DNA of 64,000 nucleotides from Verrucomicrobiaceae bacterium (GCA_051252135.1 JBPOGH010000015.1:32001-96000); one strand, 5' to 3'; counted from the first letter of the stretch, positions 31,256 through 41,769 are shown. Numbers and translations are program-made. Notes: generated by a model from the letters alone, not told the origin.

Positions 31256-32914
31256 ATGTCATTTCTGCCCGAAAAATTCGCTCATCCCTACGAGATCAAT
31301 CCCGATTTCTCTAAGAGCGTCGCCTACTTTTCCTCTGAGTTCGCGATCGACCAGAGCCTCAAAATCTACTCCGGCGGACTCGGATTCCTCGCCGGCTCCC
31401 ACATGCGCTCGGCGCACGACCTCAAGCAAAACCTCGTCGGTGTCGGAATTCTCTGGTCCTACGGATACTATAACCAGGTCCGCGGCGATGACCGCCAAAT
31501 GGCCGTCGCCCTCCGCCGCAAATCCTACCACTTCCTCCGCGATACCGGCGTCAAGTTCACCATCAACATTCAGGGCAAGGACGTCTGGGTCAAAGGACTC
31601 TACCTCCCAGGCGACATCTTCGGCACCTGCCCCATGTTCTTCGTCACCACCGACTTCGAGGACAACGACGACGATGCCCGCGACATCTCCCGTCGCCTCT
31701 ACGACTCCGATCACCAGCGCCGCATCGCCCAATACATGCTTCTCGGCATCGGCGGAGCCAAGCTCCTTGACGAACTTGGAGCACAGCCGGACATCTATCA
31801 CCTCAACGAAGCACACGCCCTCTCCGCTGCCTTCTACCTCCACTCCAAAGGAGACAAAAAAGAAGAGCTTCGTAAAAAACTCATCTTCACCACCCACACC
31901 CCCGAGGCCGCCGGTAACGAGCACCACGATTTCAACGAGCTCGAGCGCTTCGGCTTCTTCTGTGGTGCTGATCGCGCGAACGTCGAGGAATTCACCGGCA
32001 TCAGGGACGACTCCTTCTCCCACTCCCTCGCCGCCCTCCGGCTCGCCCGCATCTCCAACGGAGTCTCCAAACTCCACGGTGAAGTCTCCCGCAAAATGTG
32101 GGGTGGGTTCGATGACATCTGCGAAATCACCCACATCACCAACGCCCAGAACAAAAAATATTGGGTCGATGCCGAGCTAGAGTCAGCCCGTGTCAAAGCG
32201 GATAAAAAAGAACTTTCCCGCCGGAAGCATGACCTCAAGGAAAAGCTCTTCAAGACCGTCGCCGACCAAACCGGCAAGATCTTCGATCCCGAAGTCCTCA
32301 CTGTCGTCTGGGCCCGCCGCTTTGCCGGCTACAAGCGTGCCGACCTCATCGCCACCGATCTCGAGCGCTTCACCGCCCTCCTTTCCGATCAATCACGCCC
32401 CGTCCAGATCATCTGGGCCGGCAAGCCCTACCCCCGCGACTACGGCGCCATCGAAACCTTCAACCGCCTCATCGAGATCACCGAACCCCTCAAGAACGCC
32501 ACCGTCCTTGTTGGCTACGAACTTGAATTGTCCCGTCTCATGAAGTCCGGTGCCGATGTCTGGCTCAACAACCCCGTCGTCACCCGCGAAGCTTCCGGAA
32601 CCTCCGGCATGACCGCTTCCATGAATGGTGCCGTCAACCTGTCCACCTACGATGGCTGGGTTTGCGAATACGCCAAAGACGGACACAACTCCTTCATCGT
32701 CCCACCCGCCGATCCAAGTTGCACTCCGGAGGCCCGTGACCAGCACGACCTCAACTCGCTCTACCACATCCTCGATAACAAGATTAAGCCCGCCTACTAC
32801 GATCGTCCCGATGATTGGTGGCAGCTCGTTCTCAACTCCATGGATGATGTCGTCCCCTTCTTCGATTCGGACCGCATGGCCACCGAATACTACGAAAAGC
32901 TCTTCAATGCCTAG
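31256..32914 (+). CDS. glgP: Alpha-glucan phosphorylase family (GT35), short form
   Basis: YSGGLGFLAG, HLNEAH, FTTHTP, NGVSKLHG, ARRFAGYKRA, EASGTSGMTA. Confidence 0.88.
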   Translation: MSFLPEKFAHPYEINPDFSKSVAYFSSEFAIDQSLKIYSGGLGFLAGSHMRSAHDLKQNLVGVGILWSYGYYNQVRGDDRQMAVALRRKSYHFLRDTGVKFTINIQGKDVWVKGLYLPGDIFGTCPMFFVTTDFEDNDDDARDISRRLYDSDHQRRIAQYMLLGIGGAKLLDELGAQPDIYHLNEAHALSAAFYLHSKGDKKEELRKKLIFTTHTPEAAGNEHHDFNELERFGFFCGADRANVEEFTGIRDDSFSHSLAALRLARISNGVSKLHGEVSRKMWGGFDDICEITHITNAQNKKYWVDAELESARVKADKKELSRRKHDLKEKLFKTVADQTGKIFDPEVLTVVWARRFAGYKRADLIATDLERFTALLSDQSRPVQIIWAGKPYPRDYGAIETFNRLIEITEPLKNATVLVGYELELSRLMKSGADVWLNNPVVTREASGTSGMTASMNGAVNLSTYDGWVCEYAKDGHNSFIVPPADPSCTPEARDQHDLNSLYHILDNKIKPAYYDRPDDWWQLVLNSMDDVVPFFDSDRMATEYYEKLFNA

Positions 32915-32932
32915 AGCCTGACTTTCAAAACC

Positions 32933-32964
32933 AAACGGAGACTGGCAACAGTCTCCGTTTTTTT
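32933..32964 (+). terminator. Terminator after glgP
   Basis: AAACGGAGACTG-GCAA-CAGTCTCCGTTTTTTT. Confidence 0.85.
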
Positions 32965-32975
32965 ACGCCCCCTCC

Positions 32976-33164
32976 CTACCGAAACTGCTTCTGCTCGCTC
33001 TGATACTCGTATCCCTCGCTACCCAGCCGCGAAACAAGCCTCTCCTCATCCAACCCATGCGTCTTGCAAAGGTCCTCCAGCGAGCTCGCATTGTTCCGCA
33101 GCTCCGTATTCACCAACCCCACCAAAAGATGGGGATCCATCGACTCGTATCTTGTCAGATTCAT
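32976..33164 (-). CDS. DUF4250-like small protein
   Basis: MDPHLLVGLVNTELRN...SLEDLC...GYEYQSEQKQFR. Confidence 0.75.
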   Translation of the reverse strand: MNLTRYESMDPHLLVGLVNTELRNNASSLEDLCKTHGLDEERLVSRLGSEGYEYQSEQKQFR

Positions 33165-33290
33165 CGCAACAGCTCTTTAAGTCCTCTATTTCAACCGTGC
33201 GAGGCCGAAATCCCATTGACACCCAATCAATTTTAGTGAATCTCCCCCCCGCAGCGTCGGAAACGTTGCAACCTAACCTTAGGGCATCCC

Positions 33291-33563
33291 ATGAAAAAAG
33301 ACATTCATCCCGATTACCACCCCGTCGTGTTCCAGGACATGACCACGGGTCACCGCTACATCACCCGCTCGACCGCCAAGTCTGACAAGACCGAAGAGAT
33401 CGACGGAGTGGAGCACTTCATCATCTCGATGGGCCTCACCGCCGACTCCCACCCCTTCTACACCGGTCAAAGCACCTTCGTGGATACCGAGGGACGGATC
33501 GACAAGTTCCAAAAGCGCTTCGGCACCGTGCAACGCGCGAAGAAGCCTACCCGCAAGGCTTAA
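33291..33563 (+). CDS. rpmE2: 50S ribosomal protein L31 type B (no Zn-binding Cys)
   Basis: [16 protein letters not shown]...SHPFYTG...[14 protein letters not shown]. Confidence 0.93.
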   Translation: MKKDIHPDYHPVVFQDMTTGHRYITRSTAKSDKTEEIDGVEHFIISMGLTADSHPFYTGQSTFVDTEGRIDKFQKRFGTVQRAKKPTRKA

Positions 33564-33588
33564 TCGGGGAATTTTTCCCACAACTTTT

Positions 33589-33619
33589 CAAAAGCAGCTC
33601 TTCACGGAGCTGCTTTTTT
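33589..33619 (+). terminator. Terminator after rpmE2
   Basis: AAAAGCAGCTC-TTCACG-GAGCTGCTTTTTT. Confidence 0.85.
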
Positions 33620-33636
33620 CGTGTCCACTCCCGTCG

Positions 33637-33888
33637 ATGGACGAAGTCATCGAACACCTTCTCCCCGCAATCGAAGAGCAACTCGCCTCTCCCGACACCC
33701 GCTACGTGGCCGAAACCCTTGACCGCCTCCTAACGGACCAGGAGATCGACGAACAAGAGGCCAAAGCCATGCTCGCCTTCTGCCTCGCCGATGAGATGGA
33801 AGCCATGCTCAGAGAAGATCGGCCCTTTGCCGAAGCACGCTATCGGACCCTCCTCGACCTCCTCCCCGCCCTCCCCGAGGGGCGCTGA
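33637..33888 (+). CDS. Hypothetical protein
   Basis: 83 aa acidic helical ORF; host-like codon usage. Confidence 0.65.
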   Translation: MDEVIEHLLPAIEEQLASPDTRYVAETLDRLLTDQEIDEQEAKAMLAFCLADEMEAMLREDRPFAEARYRTLLDLLPALPEGR

Positions 33889-33976
33889 TTACAAAAAGAG
33901 CCTCATTTTCTCATCAGTTCGGAGAATAGATTGGTCCGGTGGTCTCGTTATACCTCTGAAACAATCGATCCTCCCC

Positions 33977-34564
33977 ATGACCAGCTCACCAGTCCTTCCC
34001 CAGCGCAACTTCCTGCGCCCCGTTCTCATCACCACCCTCATCTTCCTTGCGGTCGGTCTCACCGCCGGAGGGGCTGTTTGGTGGTATAAAAAGACCCATC
34101 AGCCGGTTGCCCTCACCTCCGCTGAATTAACTGCCGTCGAAAAACGCATCGAGGAAGCCCAATACGAGCCCGGCATTAAATCCATCGTTCTGACCGAACG
34201 TGAGGTCAACGGACTCCTCAATCAGCACACCACCCTCGGCGATGACCTCAAGATCGAACTCGCCAAAGGAGCCCTCCACGCCCGCGTCAAAACCGTCCTC
34301 AGCGAGGATGTCCCCGTCCTCGGCGGGAAAACCCTCAACCTCCGCGCCCGCTTCCTGATCGACACCAACGAGCTAAACCCCTCCTTCATGCTCGATGACC
34401 TCACCGTTTACGGAATTTCCGTCCCCAATGCCTGGCTTGGTGACATCAAACACCAAAACCTCCTCGGAAGCCTGAATACCGGAGGCAGTGACACCCCGTT
34501 CGCCCGGGGCATCGAAAATATCTCCATCGAAAAAGGCCTCATCGAGATCAAACTCGCCGAATAG
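33977..34564 (+). CDS. Single-TM hypothetical protein
   Basis: N-terminal TM, then LTEREVNGLL...; host-like codon usage. Confidence 0.7.
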   Translation: MTSSPVLPQRNFLRPVLITTLIFLAVGLTAGGAVWWYKKTHQPVALTSAELTAVEKRIEEAQYEPGIKSIVLTEREVNGLLNQHTTLGDDLKIELAKGALHARVKTVLSEDVPVLGGKTLNLRARFLIDTNELNPSFMLDDLTVYGISVPNAWLGDIKHQNLLGSLNTGGSDTPFARGIENISIEKGLIEIKLAE

Positions 34565-34622
34565 AAATCGTCGACCTGATATTTCTGTTCATATTTTGAG
34601 ATTTGGTCTCTAGAATCAACCC

Positions 34623-35456
34623 ATGGGCATCTTCGACAAACCAAGTCTCAAGCGGTCGGCAAAAAGTCGTGATTCCGTCCCTGACGATCTCTGGACAAAA
34701 TGTCCCGATTGCAGCGAGATGATTCACACGCTCGATCTCAAGCAGCATCACCTCGTCTGCCCCCACTGCTCCCACCATTTCCTCATGGGAGCCTACGAGC
34801 GCTTCCAGCTCATCGCCGATGAAGGAACCTTCGAGGAGATCGATGCCGACCTCATCTCGGCCAATCCGCTGGGTTTTGCCAATTACCCGGAAAAAACCGC
34901 CCAACTTCGCGAAAAAACCGGCCTGAAGGACGCCGTCGTCACCGGAAGACTGTCTATCGAAGGAAAACCCGCCGTGGCCGCCGTCATGGACTTCAAGTAT
35001 TTCGCCGGCTCCATGGGATCCGTCGTCGGGGAAAAAATCACCCGCGCCATCGAGACTGCCACCGCCGAAAAGCGTGCCATCCTCATCTTCTCCTCCTCAT
35101 CGGGTGCCCGCATGCAGGAAGGCATGCTCTCCCTCATGCAGATGGCCAAGACCTGCGGCGCCCTCGCCCTCCACGGAGAAGCAGGGCTCCCCTACATCTC
35201 GATTTTCACTCACCCCACCACCGGTGGCGTCACCGCTTCCTTCGCCACCATTGGCGATATCAACCTCGCCGAACCCAAGTGCATGATCGGCTTTGCCGGC
35301 CCCCGGGTCATCAAGGAAACCACTCACCAGGACCTCCCTCCCGGATTCCAAACTGCCGAATTCATGCTCGAGCACGGCCTCATCGACACCATTGTCCCCC
35401 GCCGCGACCTTCGCAGCAAATTGAGCGACCTCCTCGGCTACATGATGCCCCGCTAG
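34623..35456 (+). CDS. accD: Acetyl-CoA carboxylase carboxyltransferase beta subunit
   Basis: LWTKCPDC...CPHC, GSMGSVVGEKI, GARMQEG, PTTGGVTASF. Confidence 0.97.
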   Translation: MGIFDKPSLKRSAKSRDSVPDDLWTKCPDCSEMIHTLDLKQHHLVCPHCSHHFLMGAYERFQLIADEGTFEEIDADLISANPLGFANYPEKTAQLREKTGLKDAVVTGRLSIEGKPAVAAVMDFKYFAGSMGSVVGEKITRAIETATAEKRAILIFSSSSGARMQEGMLSLMQMAKTCGALALHGEAGLPYISIFTHPTTGGVTASFATIGDINLAEPKCMIGFAGPRVIKETTHQDLPPGFQTAEFMLEHGLIDTIVPRRDLRSKLSDLLGYMMPR

Positions 35457-36226
35457 GGATTCGCAATACGGATCGTATCCGCGTGGAGAATCCGCTCCAC
35501 GCCCGCCTCCGTTCTGAGCAGGAGCTCTCCCGTCAGCGATAGCCCCTCCATCACCCCCTCCCGTTGAAGCCCGTTCGCCTCAAGACGCACTCGACGCCCC
35601 CTCAACACACAGCGTGTGCTCCACGCATCCAGAAGCTCCGGAAATTGCGAACCAATCTGACTCGCTCGAAATTCCAATCGCTTCAGGATCGCCACCAACA
35701 CCTCTTCCCGAACCCACTTTTTTCCCGTCTCCAGCGAGAGCGAGGTCGCCGGATGCGCCAACCCCTCGGGAAATTCATCCACGTTGATATTGAGGCCCAT
35801 CCCCACCACCACCGCCGGAGGATTGCTTTCTACAAGAATTCCACAAATCTTACGGTCCTTCACCCACACATCATTGGGCCACTTCACTCCCGCAAAGATC
35901 CCAAAGGCATCCAGAGCCTCCGCAACCGCCAATCCCGCCGCCAGCGACAGCCTCGACCACATTGCCACCGGCTCCTCGGGAAACATCACCCACGAGCAAG
36001 CCAGACCTTTCCCCGGGGGACACACCCACGGCTGACCACGGCGTCCCCGCCCCGCCGTCTGACGCTCGGTAAGAACCACACGACTCCCCCTCAGCCCCTC
36101 ACGAACCAGTCGCCGTGCCTCATCATTGGTCGAGCCACACTCCTCCAGAAAGATCACCCGGTCGGCCCACTCCGGGGAAACCTCCCGCAACCTCCCGCCA
36201 TCCCATTCTTCTTCACTCGCCGTCAT
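35453..36226 (-). CDS. birA: Biotin--acetyl-CoA-carboxylase ligase (no HTH domain)
   Basis: GSTND, QTAGRGRRG, KWPND, KICGILVE. Confidence 0.95.
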   Translation of the reverse strand: MTASEEEWDGGRLREVSPEWADRVIFLEECGSTNDEARRLVREGLRGSRVVLTERQTAGRGRRGQPWVCPPGKGLACSWVMFPEEPVAMWSRLSLAAGLAVAEALDAFGIFAGVKWPNDVWVKDRKICGILVESNPPAVVVGMGLNINVDEFPEGLAHPATSLSLETGKKWVREEVLVAILKRLEFRASQIGSQFPELLDAWSTRCVLRGRRVRLEANGLQREGVMEGLSLTGELLLRTEAGVERILHADTIRIANP

Positions 36227-37064
36227 TGAGAAACTCCATCGACAAATCCAAAGCCACTGCCGAGTGCGTCACCGCTCCTACTGAAATGAAATCCACCCCC
36301 GTCTCCGCAATCTCCGCCACCGTTTCAAGATTCACGCCACCACTGGCCTCCAAATTAGGCCGATTCCCGACACGCATCTGCACCGCCTGACGAAGCTCGT
36401 CCAAACTCATGTTATCCAGTAAAATGTAATCCACTCCATCCAGGGTAAGAAAACCCTCCACCTGATCCAGTCGATCCGCTTCCAGCTCCACCTCCACTTC
36501 CGGTCGATCCCTCTTTAAGCGATTGATGGCATCCTGAAGCGCCCCCAGTCCTCCTTCCGCCACCAAGTGGTTATCCTTCACCATCGCCCGATCATACAGG
36601 CCCATCCGGTGATTCATCCCCCCTCCGGCCACCACCGCACCTTTTTCCAAAGCACGCCAGCCCGGCGTCGTTTTCCGCGTATCGAGAATTTTAGCCGAGG
36701 TGGACTCCACCAGTTCGACAAACTTTTGCGTCTTGGTCGCAATCCCCGAGAGCCGCTGAAGAAAATTCAGCGCCACTCGCTCCGCAGTCAGCAGCGATCG
36801 GGATTTCCCCCGCACTTCCATCACGTAGGCCCGGTTCCCCACCACACTCCCGCTTTCTAACAGGACCTTCACCTGAATGGTTTCATCCACCCGCTTAAAA
36901 ACCTCCTCCGCAATCTCAACCCCCGCCACCACTCCTTCCTCCTTCGCCACGATCACCCCTCTCGACTCAACATCCCCCGGGACGAAGTATTCCGATGTCA
37001 CATCTCCCGTGCCGATGTCCTCGGCGAGAGCCATATCAATAAGTGCAGAAGTACGTTGATCCAC
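36213..37064 (-). CDS. nadC: Nicotinate-nucleotide diphosphorylase (carboxylating)
   Basis: ERVALNFLQRLSGIAT, DTRKTTPG, HRMGL, KDNH, LLDNM, EASGG. Confidence 0.97.
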   Translation of the reverse strand: MDQRTSALIDMALAEDIGTGDVTSEYFVPGDVESRGVIVAKEEGVVAGVEIAEEVFKRVDETIQVKVLLESGSVVGNRAYVMEVRGKSRSLLTAERVALNFLQRLSGIATKTQKFVELVESTSAKILDTRKTTPGWRALEKGAVVAGGGMNHRMGLYDRAMVKDNHLVAEGGLGALQDAINRLKRDRPEVEVELEADRLDQVEGFLTLDGVDYILLDNMSLDELRQAVQMRVGNRPNLEASGGVNLETVAEIAETGVDFISVGAVTHSAVALDLSMEFLNDGE

Positions 37065-37123
37065 AAAAGAGGCTTATCTCATGGGCACACGCTTTTGAAT
37101 CTTCATTTTCACATCCCAAACAC

Positions 37124-37160
37124 AAAAAAAGCGACCCCGGTGCACCGGAGTCGCCGATTT
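37124..37160 (-). terminator. Terminator after the TPR operon
   Basis: AAAAAAAGCGACCCCGG-TGCA-CCGGAGTCGC. Confidence 0.7.
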
Positions 37161-37179
37161 CAAAAATCCCCCGGGGAGA

Positions 37180-38103
37180 CTACTGCTCCTTCGGCGCGTA
37201 CTTGAGGAACACCTTGTATTCTTCGGGCATCTTCTGACCACCACCCAGGGATTTATCCCAGAGCTTCACCAGCGCAAGCCCTTCACGGATCAAAAAGGCG
37301 CCCGTGGAGGCTTCATCATAATCATCGGTGCCATAGAGCTTCATCCCCAAAACGACAGCCTCGTGATCCTTGAGAATTCGAAGGCAAGCCAGAGCGGCGT
37401 TGCGGGTGAGCACTTCGGAAGCCGAAAAATCCGCCACAAACGCCCCATTGTAGGCATTCAAAGCTTTCAGTGGCTCCTTCTCACCCTCATAGGCCATTCC
37501 CATGCAGTAGTTGATCTGCGCACGGAGACTTCCGCTGAAAACCTTATCCTGCCAATCGGGATCGGTTCCGATTGCAATCAGACGAGCCCAGGCTTTCGTG
37601 CGCACAGCCTCCCAAAAGACGTTATTAAGCTCGATCTGGGTCAAGTGCTCCTTCCGGATCAGGGGCTCCGCGATAAAGGTCGACATCATCTCTGACAGCT
37701 TGGTCAGGTTACCCAATTTCCGGGCACATTCCATCTGATAGAAAACAGCCAGGGTGCTGTAGTTCCCCTTTACCTCATCCACCTTCTTGTAAGTTTCAGC
37801 ACAAAGCGCAAATTTCTCGGATGCTTCTTCATAGTTCCGGTTCCGGTAAACCTCCATGGCCTCGGTGAACTCGGGAGGCTCAAGGAAATATACGTTCACC
37901 GAACTGAGGCGGACATCCTTGAAGTTCGTCGATTGCTCGGTCTCCTTGTATCGGAGGCTCTTACTTGAAGAGGCCACCACGAAGCCGGAGATCGTATCAT
38001 CCTCCGTCATGATTAAGGCGCGGGGTTCCTTCGAGGCCACTTGCCCCGAAAGCAAGGTTACCGTGGAAAAGAGAGAGAGTGCGGAAATGGCGAGTGTTTT
38101 CAT
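37180..38103 (-). CDS. Exported hypothetical protein with TPR-like helices
   Basis: Signal peptide MKTLAISALSLF...; helical repeats. Confidence 0.7.
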   Translation of the reverse strand: MKTLAISALSLFSTVTLLSGQVASKEPRALIMTEDDTISGFVVASSSKSLRYKETEQSTNFKDVRLSSVNVYFLEPPEFTEAMEVYRNRNYEEASEKFALCAETYKKVDEVKGNYSTLAVFYQMECARKLGNLTKLSEMMSTFIAEPLIRKEHLTQIELNNVFWEAVRTKAWARLIAIGTDPDWQDKVFSGSLRAQINYCMGMAYEGEKEPLKALNAYNGAFVADFSASEVLTRNAALACLRILKDHEAVVLGMKLYGTDDYDEASTGAFLIREGLALVKLWDKSLGGGQKMPEEYKVFLKYAPKEQ

Positions 38104-38137
38104 CGTTCTGATTTGCTCGGAGTTGGATTACCAAAGA

Positions 38138-41100
38138 TTATCTGCCCTCCTTTTCGGCAAGAATATCCTTCATCGACTTGGTTTCTGAACTGGCCTCATA
38201 TTCATCGACCAGTGACTGAACAGCATTCCATGAGGCAAGCTCGGATTCGTTCAGCTTGTTCTTGAACGTCTTGGTGCGATCAAGCCACTTCCAACCTTCT
38301 TCATAAACCTTCTGACGGTCGGAAACTCCATTGGGGCCGGAACCATTGCGATCCCAAAGCAACTCCATCCAACGCTTGATGGCCGGTCCGGAAACCTTCA
38401 CATACCCGGGAGCAGTTGCCCAAATCTGCGCGTAGATCGCAATCGCGTCCTCGGCCTTGCCCAATTCATCGTAGGATTGTGCCACCAACAGGCGCACATC
38501 CGCACCATTTTTGCGGAACTTCGTATTGGAAAGATACTCACGGCCGCGCTTGATCGCCGAATCGTATTCACCTCGGGCGAAATCGATGGTCACGATGCGA
38601 TAGAGCGCCTTCTCCTGCTCCGAACTCTTATCCGAATCCTTGTAAACCCGGTCGAGAGTCTCAACAGCACGCTTCTGGTCCGCCTCGCTGCCCATTCCGA
38701 GAACATCAGCCAGACCGAACAGCGCGGGGAATTGGTAGGACTTGTCATCCCGGGAGAGTGCGGCCTCGTAGTAGGTCTTGGCCTGCGTCGGTGAGGTGGT
38801 CTTCTCGCGGAGGAAATCACCCACATTAACAAGAATGTAATTCGAGAGGTCCTTCGGATCAAAGTCGGTCTTCAACTCGTTGAAGAGCACCTTGATCATC
38901 GCTTGCGACCTGCTGATCTCGTCTCCGTCTTGCTCCTTCTCGGCAGCAGCAAGCTTATCTTCGAAAACCCCAATCACCGCAATCCGCAGAAGCGCACGGC
39001 TGGCCTGATCGCGGATATCGATTCCGGGGAAGGCATAGTAGTGATCCTTCAGTTCCTCGGCCGTGTGCTCGGTGAGGTAAGCTTCGGTATAAGAACCGAT
39101 CGCCTCTTCGAGACCCGGAGTTCCATCGATTTTGGAAAGCTCCGCAATCACACCTTGAAGCCGCTGAAGCCCTTCCTCAATCCGGTTTGCCGCCCGCATG
39201 GCAGGCAATCCGCTCACCGCAACTTGCGCCCGATACGGCGAATCACTGTAGTCCTTCCAGAATTGGTCATAGAATGGCAGCGCATCCTGAATGGCCTCGT
39301 TGTCCTTCCCGTCCACTTTCTCCTGACCCAGAATGGTCACGATGTAGAGCAAGCTTTCTCCTGCCACGATCTTGTTCTCCTTGGTCTCGGCAAGGGCCAG
39401 AGCCCGCTTGTAATAATCGAGGGCCTCGGCCGGCTTCTCGATATTCTCCAGAATGTTCCCCTTGAGCGCGTAAAGTGACTCCATTGCATCGAAGCCTGGG
39501 AAATCACCTTCAACCCGGTTCAACTTTTCCAACGCGGGCTCATATTCCTCTTCGGAAAAGTGGCAGTTCGCCCGATCGAACAACGCAAAGGGCAGATAGG
39601 GATTCCCGGCAGCATCAGGATACTCCTTGAGGAAGGCGTCAAGCAAAGCCGCTGACTTCGTCCAGTAGTTGAGGCGGTAGAGGTTCGATGCCTGGAAATA
39701 AAGTGCGGCACGTCGACGATGCTTTTTCGCCTCCGGGTAGGTCTTCACATGCTCGTCGAGGAGCGGTTGGGCATCATCAAACTTCGCGGTGTAATGGTAG
39801 CTTCCACCCAGAACAAAGAGACAAATGTCATGCTGCTCGGATGGCTTGGGAAGCTTATCGATCATCGTCTTGGCGACCTCGATGCACTTCTCCCACTCAC
39901 CGTTCCAGAAAAGGCTGGAAAGAGTCAGTCGGCGAACTTCTTCCGCATACTCGCTGTTTGGGAACGCCGCAAGGAACCGGCTGCCGTACTTCTCCGTCGT
40001 GAGCACCTCGCCAATTAGCGAAGACGTTCTCACCAGATTATAGAGGTTCTTCTCACGTGCCGGCCCCAATTTCTTCTCCCGATAGATTTGGGCATTGGGA
40101 AAATACCGCTCCAGCTGTTCGTAAACGGCGAATGCTCCACGAACATTCCCGTCGTCCTCGTGCAGCACTGCTGTGTTGAGATAGGCGTAAATTTCATTCA
40201 TCTCGCCGGAATCATAAGCCGTGGTGAGCGCTTCCAAATCAGCCTCCAGGGCCGACTTGTTCACCACCTTGGACCCGTCCCTGATCGTCCGGTCATACGA
40301 CCCCACCATCTGAAGCCGGGCCTTCACATCATCAATAGCCTCGCTCGTGCTGGGAACCAACGAATAGAGCTCAAAGGAGGAACGCATCATTCCCGCACCC
40401 TTGGCGTCGAATGCCAGCTTCATGAAGAGCGGCGCAAATTCGTAGGCCTCAAAGGGATCCAGTTTGATATGACCGCGGTTCTTGGAAATAAAATCAAGCA
40501 ATGCCGCCTCATCATTCTTTTCGATCACCGCCTCAACCAACGCATGGAAGCTGAGCATGATGCTCTTGTTGGGAGTCGGAAAGGTGCGCTTGTTGGTGAT
40601 CGCCGTCTCAAGATACTTGCTCCCTTCATCAAGCTTGCGAAGCTTGAAGTGGCAAATCGCCATATTGGTGTAAAACACCCCGGGATTCATTTTGTCCCGC
40701 GTGCGGTCGCGCTCCGCGAGAAACTTCTTATACATTTTAATCGCCGTATCCCATTCCTCGGCACCTTTGGCCGCATGACCCCAATACAGGAGGGACTTCT
40801 TGTGATACATGTTCATGCTCTGCTCCTCCCCACCCTTGCCGTTGGGATACTTCTTGTAGCATTTCTCGAACGATTTCATCGCCGCGTCATACTGCCCGAG
40901 CATCATCTCGCAGTAGCCGCGATTGTACCAAAATGAACCAAACCGGGGACCAAAGAGCGTGAGTGCCCGACCGTCATAGGTGTCGGTCGCTGTCGTCAAT
41001 ATGGCGAGCGCCTCGGCCCACTTTCCGGCCTTCATCGCCGTGATCGAGTTGGTGTGTAATTCGCGAATGGCCTGCCCTTGGGCTGGCGCAACAAACAAGC

Positions 41101-41155
41101 CGAGAGCCACGAACAGGAGGCCCAATTTACGGCGGAGATTCATTTTTGAGGTCAT
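38138..41155 (-). CDS. Large periplasmic tetratricopeptide-repeat protein
   Basis: Signal peptide (..APAQGQA); many TPR-like units ending in YP/FP turns. Confidence 0.85.
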   Translation of the reverse strand: MTSKMNLRRKLGLLFVALGLFVAPAQGQAIRELHTNSITAMKAGKWAEALAILTTATDTYDGRALTLFGPRFGSFWYNRGYCEMMLGQYDAAMKSFEKCYKKYPNGKGGEEQSMNMYHKKSLLYWGHAAKGAEEWDTAIKMYKKFLAERDRTRDKMNPGVFYTNMAICHFKLRKLDEGSKYLETAITNKRTFPTPNKSIMLSFHALVEAVIEKNDEAALLDFISKNRGHIKLDPFEAYEFAPLFMKLAFDAKGAGMMRSSFELYSLVPSTSEAIDDVKARLQMVGSYDRTIRDGSKVVNKSALEADLEALTTAYDSGEMNEIYAYLNTAVLHEDDGNVRGAFAVYEQLERYFPNAQIYREKKLGPAREKNLYNLVRTSSLIGEVLTTEKYGSRFLAAFPNSEYAEEVRRLTLSSLFWNGEWEKCIEVAKTMIDKLPKPSEQHDICLFVLGGSYHYTAKFDDAQPLLDEHVKTYPEAKKHRRRAALYFQASNLYRLNYWTKSAALLDAFLKEYPDAAGNPYLPFALFDRANCHFSEEEYEPALEKLNRVEGDFPGFDAMESLYALKGNILENIEKPAEALDYYKRALALAETKENKIVAGESLLYIVTILGQEKVDGKDNEAIQDALPFYDQFWKDYSDSPYRAQVAVSGLPAMRAANRIEEGLQRLQGVIAELSKIDGTPGLEEAIGSYTEAYLTEHTAEELKDHYYAFPGIDIRDQASRALLRIAVIGVFEDKLAAAEKEQDGDEISRSQAMIKVLFNELKTDFDPKDLSNYILVNVGDFLREKTTSPTQAKTYYEAALSRDDKSYQFPALFGLADVLGMGSEADQKRAVETLDRVYKDSDKSSEQEKALYRIVTIDFARGEYDSAIKRGREYLSNTKFRKNGADVRLLVAQSYDELGKAEDAIAIYAQIWATAPGYVKVSGPAIKRWMELLWDRNGSGPNGVSDRQKVYEEGWKWLDRTKTFKNKLNESELASWNAVQSLVDEYEASSETKSMKDILAEKEGR

Positions 41156-41184
41156 GGGAAATGATGGGGTGTGTTGTTGAGAAC

Positions 41185-41214
41185 GAAAGGCTGCTGAGGA
41201 CCCAGCAGCCTTTC
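41185..41214 (-). terminator. Strong hairpin between exbD and the TPR gene
   Basis: GAAAGGCTGCTG-AGGACC-CAGCAGCCTTTC. Confidence 0.55.
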
Positions 41215-41273
41215 AGCATAAAAGTTAACGATTGGTGGAGGAAAACTCTTAGAGTCTCCCCCGTTAAAAGGTC

Positions 41274-41747
41274 TTAATCCTCAGGGTCAATGAGGTCGGT
41301 AAATGTCACCTTGGAGATCTTGGTCGCTGCAAGGGCATTGAGGATGTCGATCACCCGCTGCTGGCGGGCATCGGCCTCCACATAGACCTGAACAACCGGT
41401 TCCTGCGTGCTGCTGTCAGCCGCACTCTTGTAGGTCTCAAGAAGTGGCAGAAGATTGGGAAGGGTCCGGGCATCCGGATCGGATTCCACCAGCTGCTCGG
41501 GAGCTCCGTCGGAACGAATCGAGATGTATCCGTTCGCTTCCAGCTTGATGAAAAACGGACGGATCTCAGGTGGAGTGTCGGATGGAGCCACCGAAGGAAG
41601 CGCCATGTCGATATCCTGCTCCTTCTTAACAATCGTGGTGGTCACGATAAAGTAAATGAGGAGGAGAAAACAGACGTCAATCAGGGACGAAATATCCAAA
41701 CCTGGTTCGTCCTCATCGGGAGGAACCATTTGTTTATGGCGGGCCAT
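41274..41747 (-). CDS. exbD: Biopolymer transporter ExbD/TolR family
   Basis: LDISSLIDVCFLLLIYFIVT with the TM Asp. Confidence 0.9.
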   Translation of the reverse strand: MARHKQMVPPDEDEPGLDISSLIDVCFLLLIYFIVTTTIVKKEQDIDMALPSVAPSDTPPEIRPFFIKLEANGYISIRSDGAPEQLVESDPDARTLPNLLPLLETYKSAADSSTQEPVVQVYVEADARQQRVIDILNALAATKISKVTFTDLIDPED

Positions 41748-41769
41748 ATCAGTATTTTAAAGTTTTGGG

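Noticed and set aside
33216..33290. Zur box or promoter upstream of the Zn-free L31
   Set aside because: TTGACA is present, but I could not identify a convincing -10 or palindromic operator
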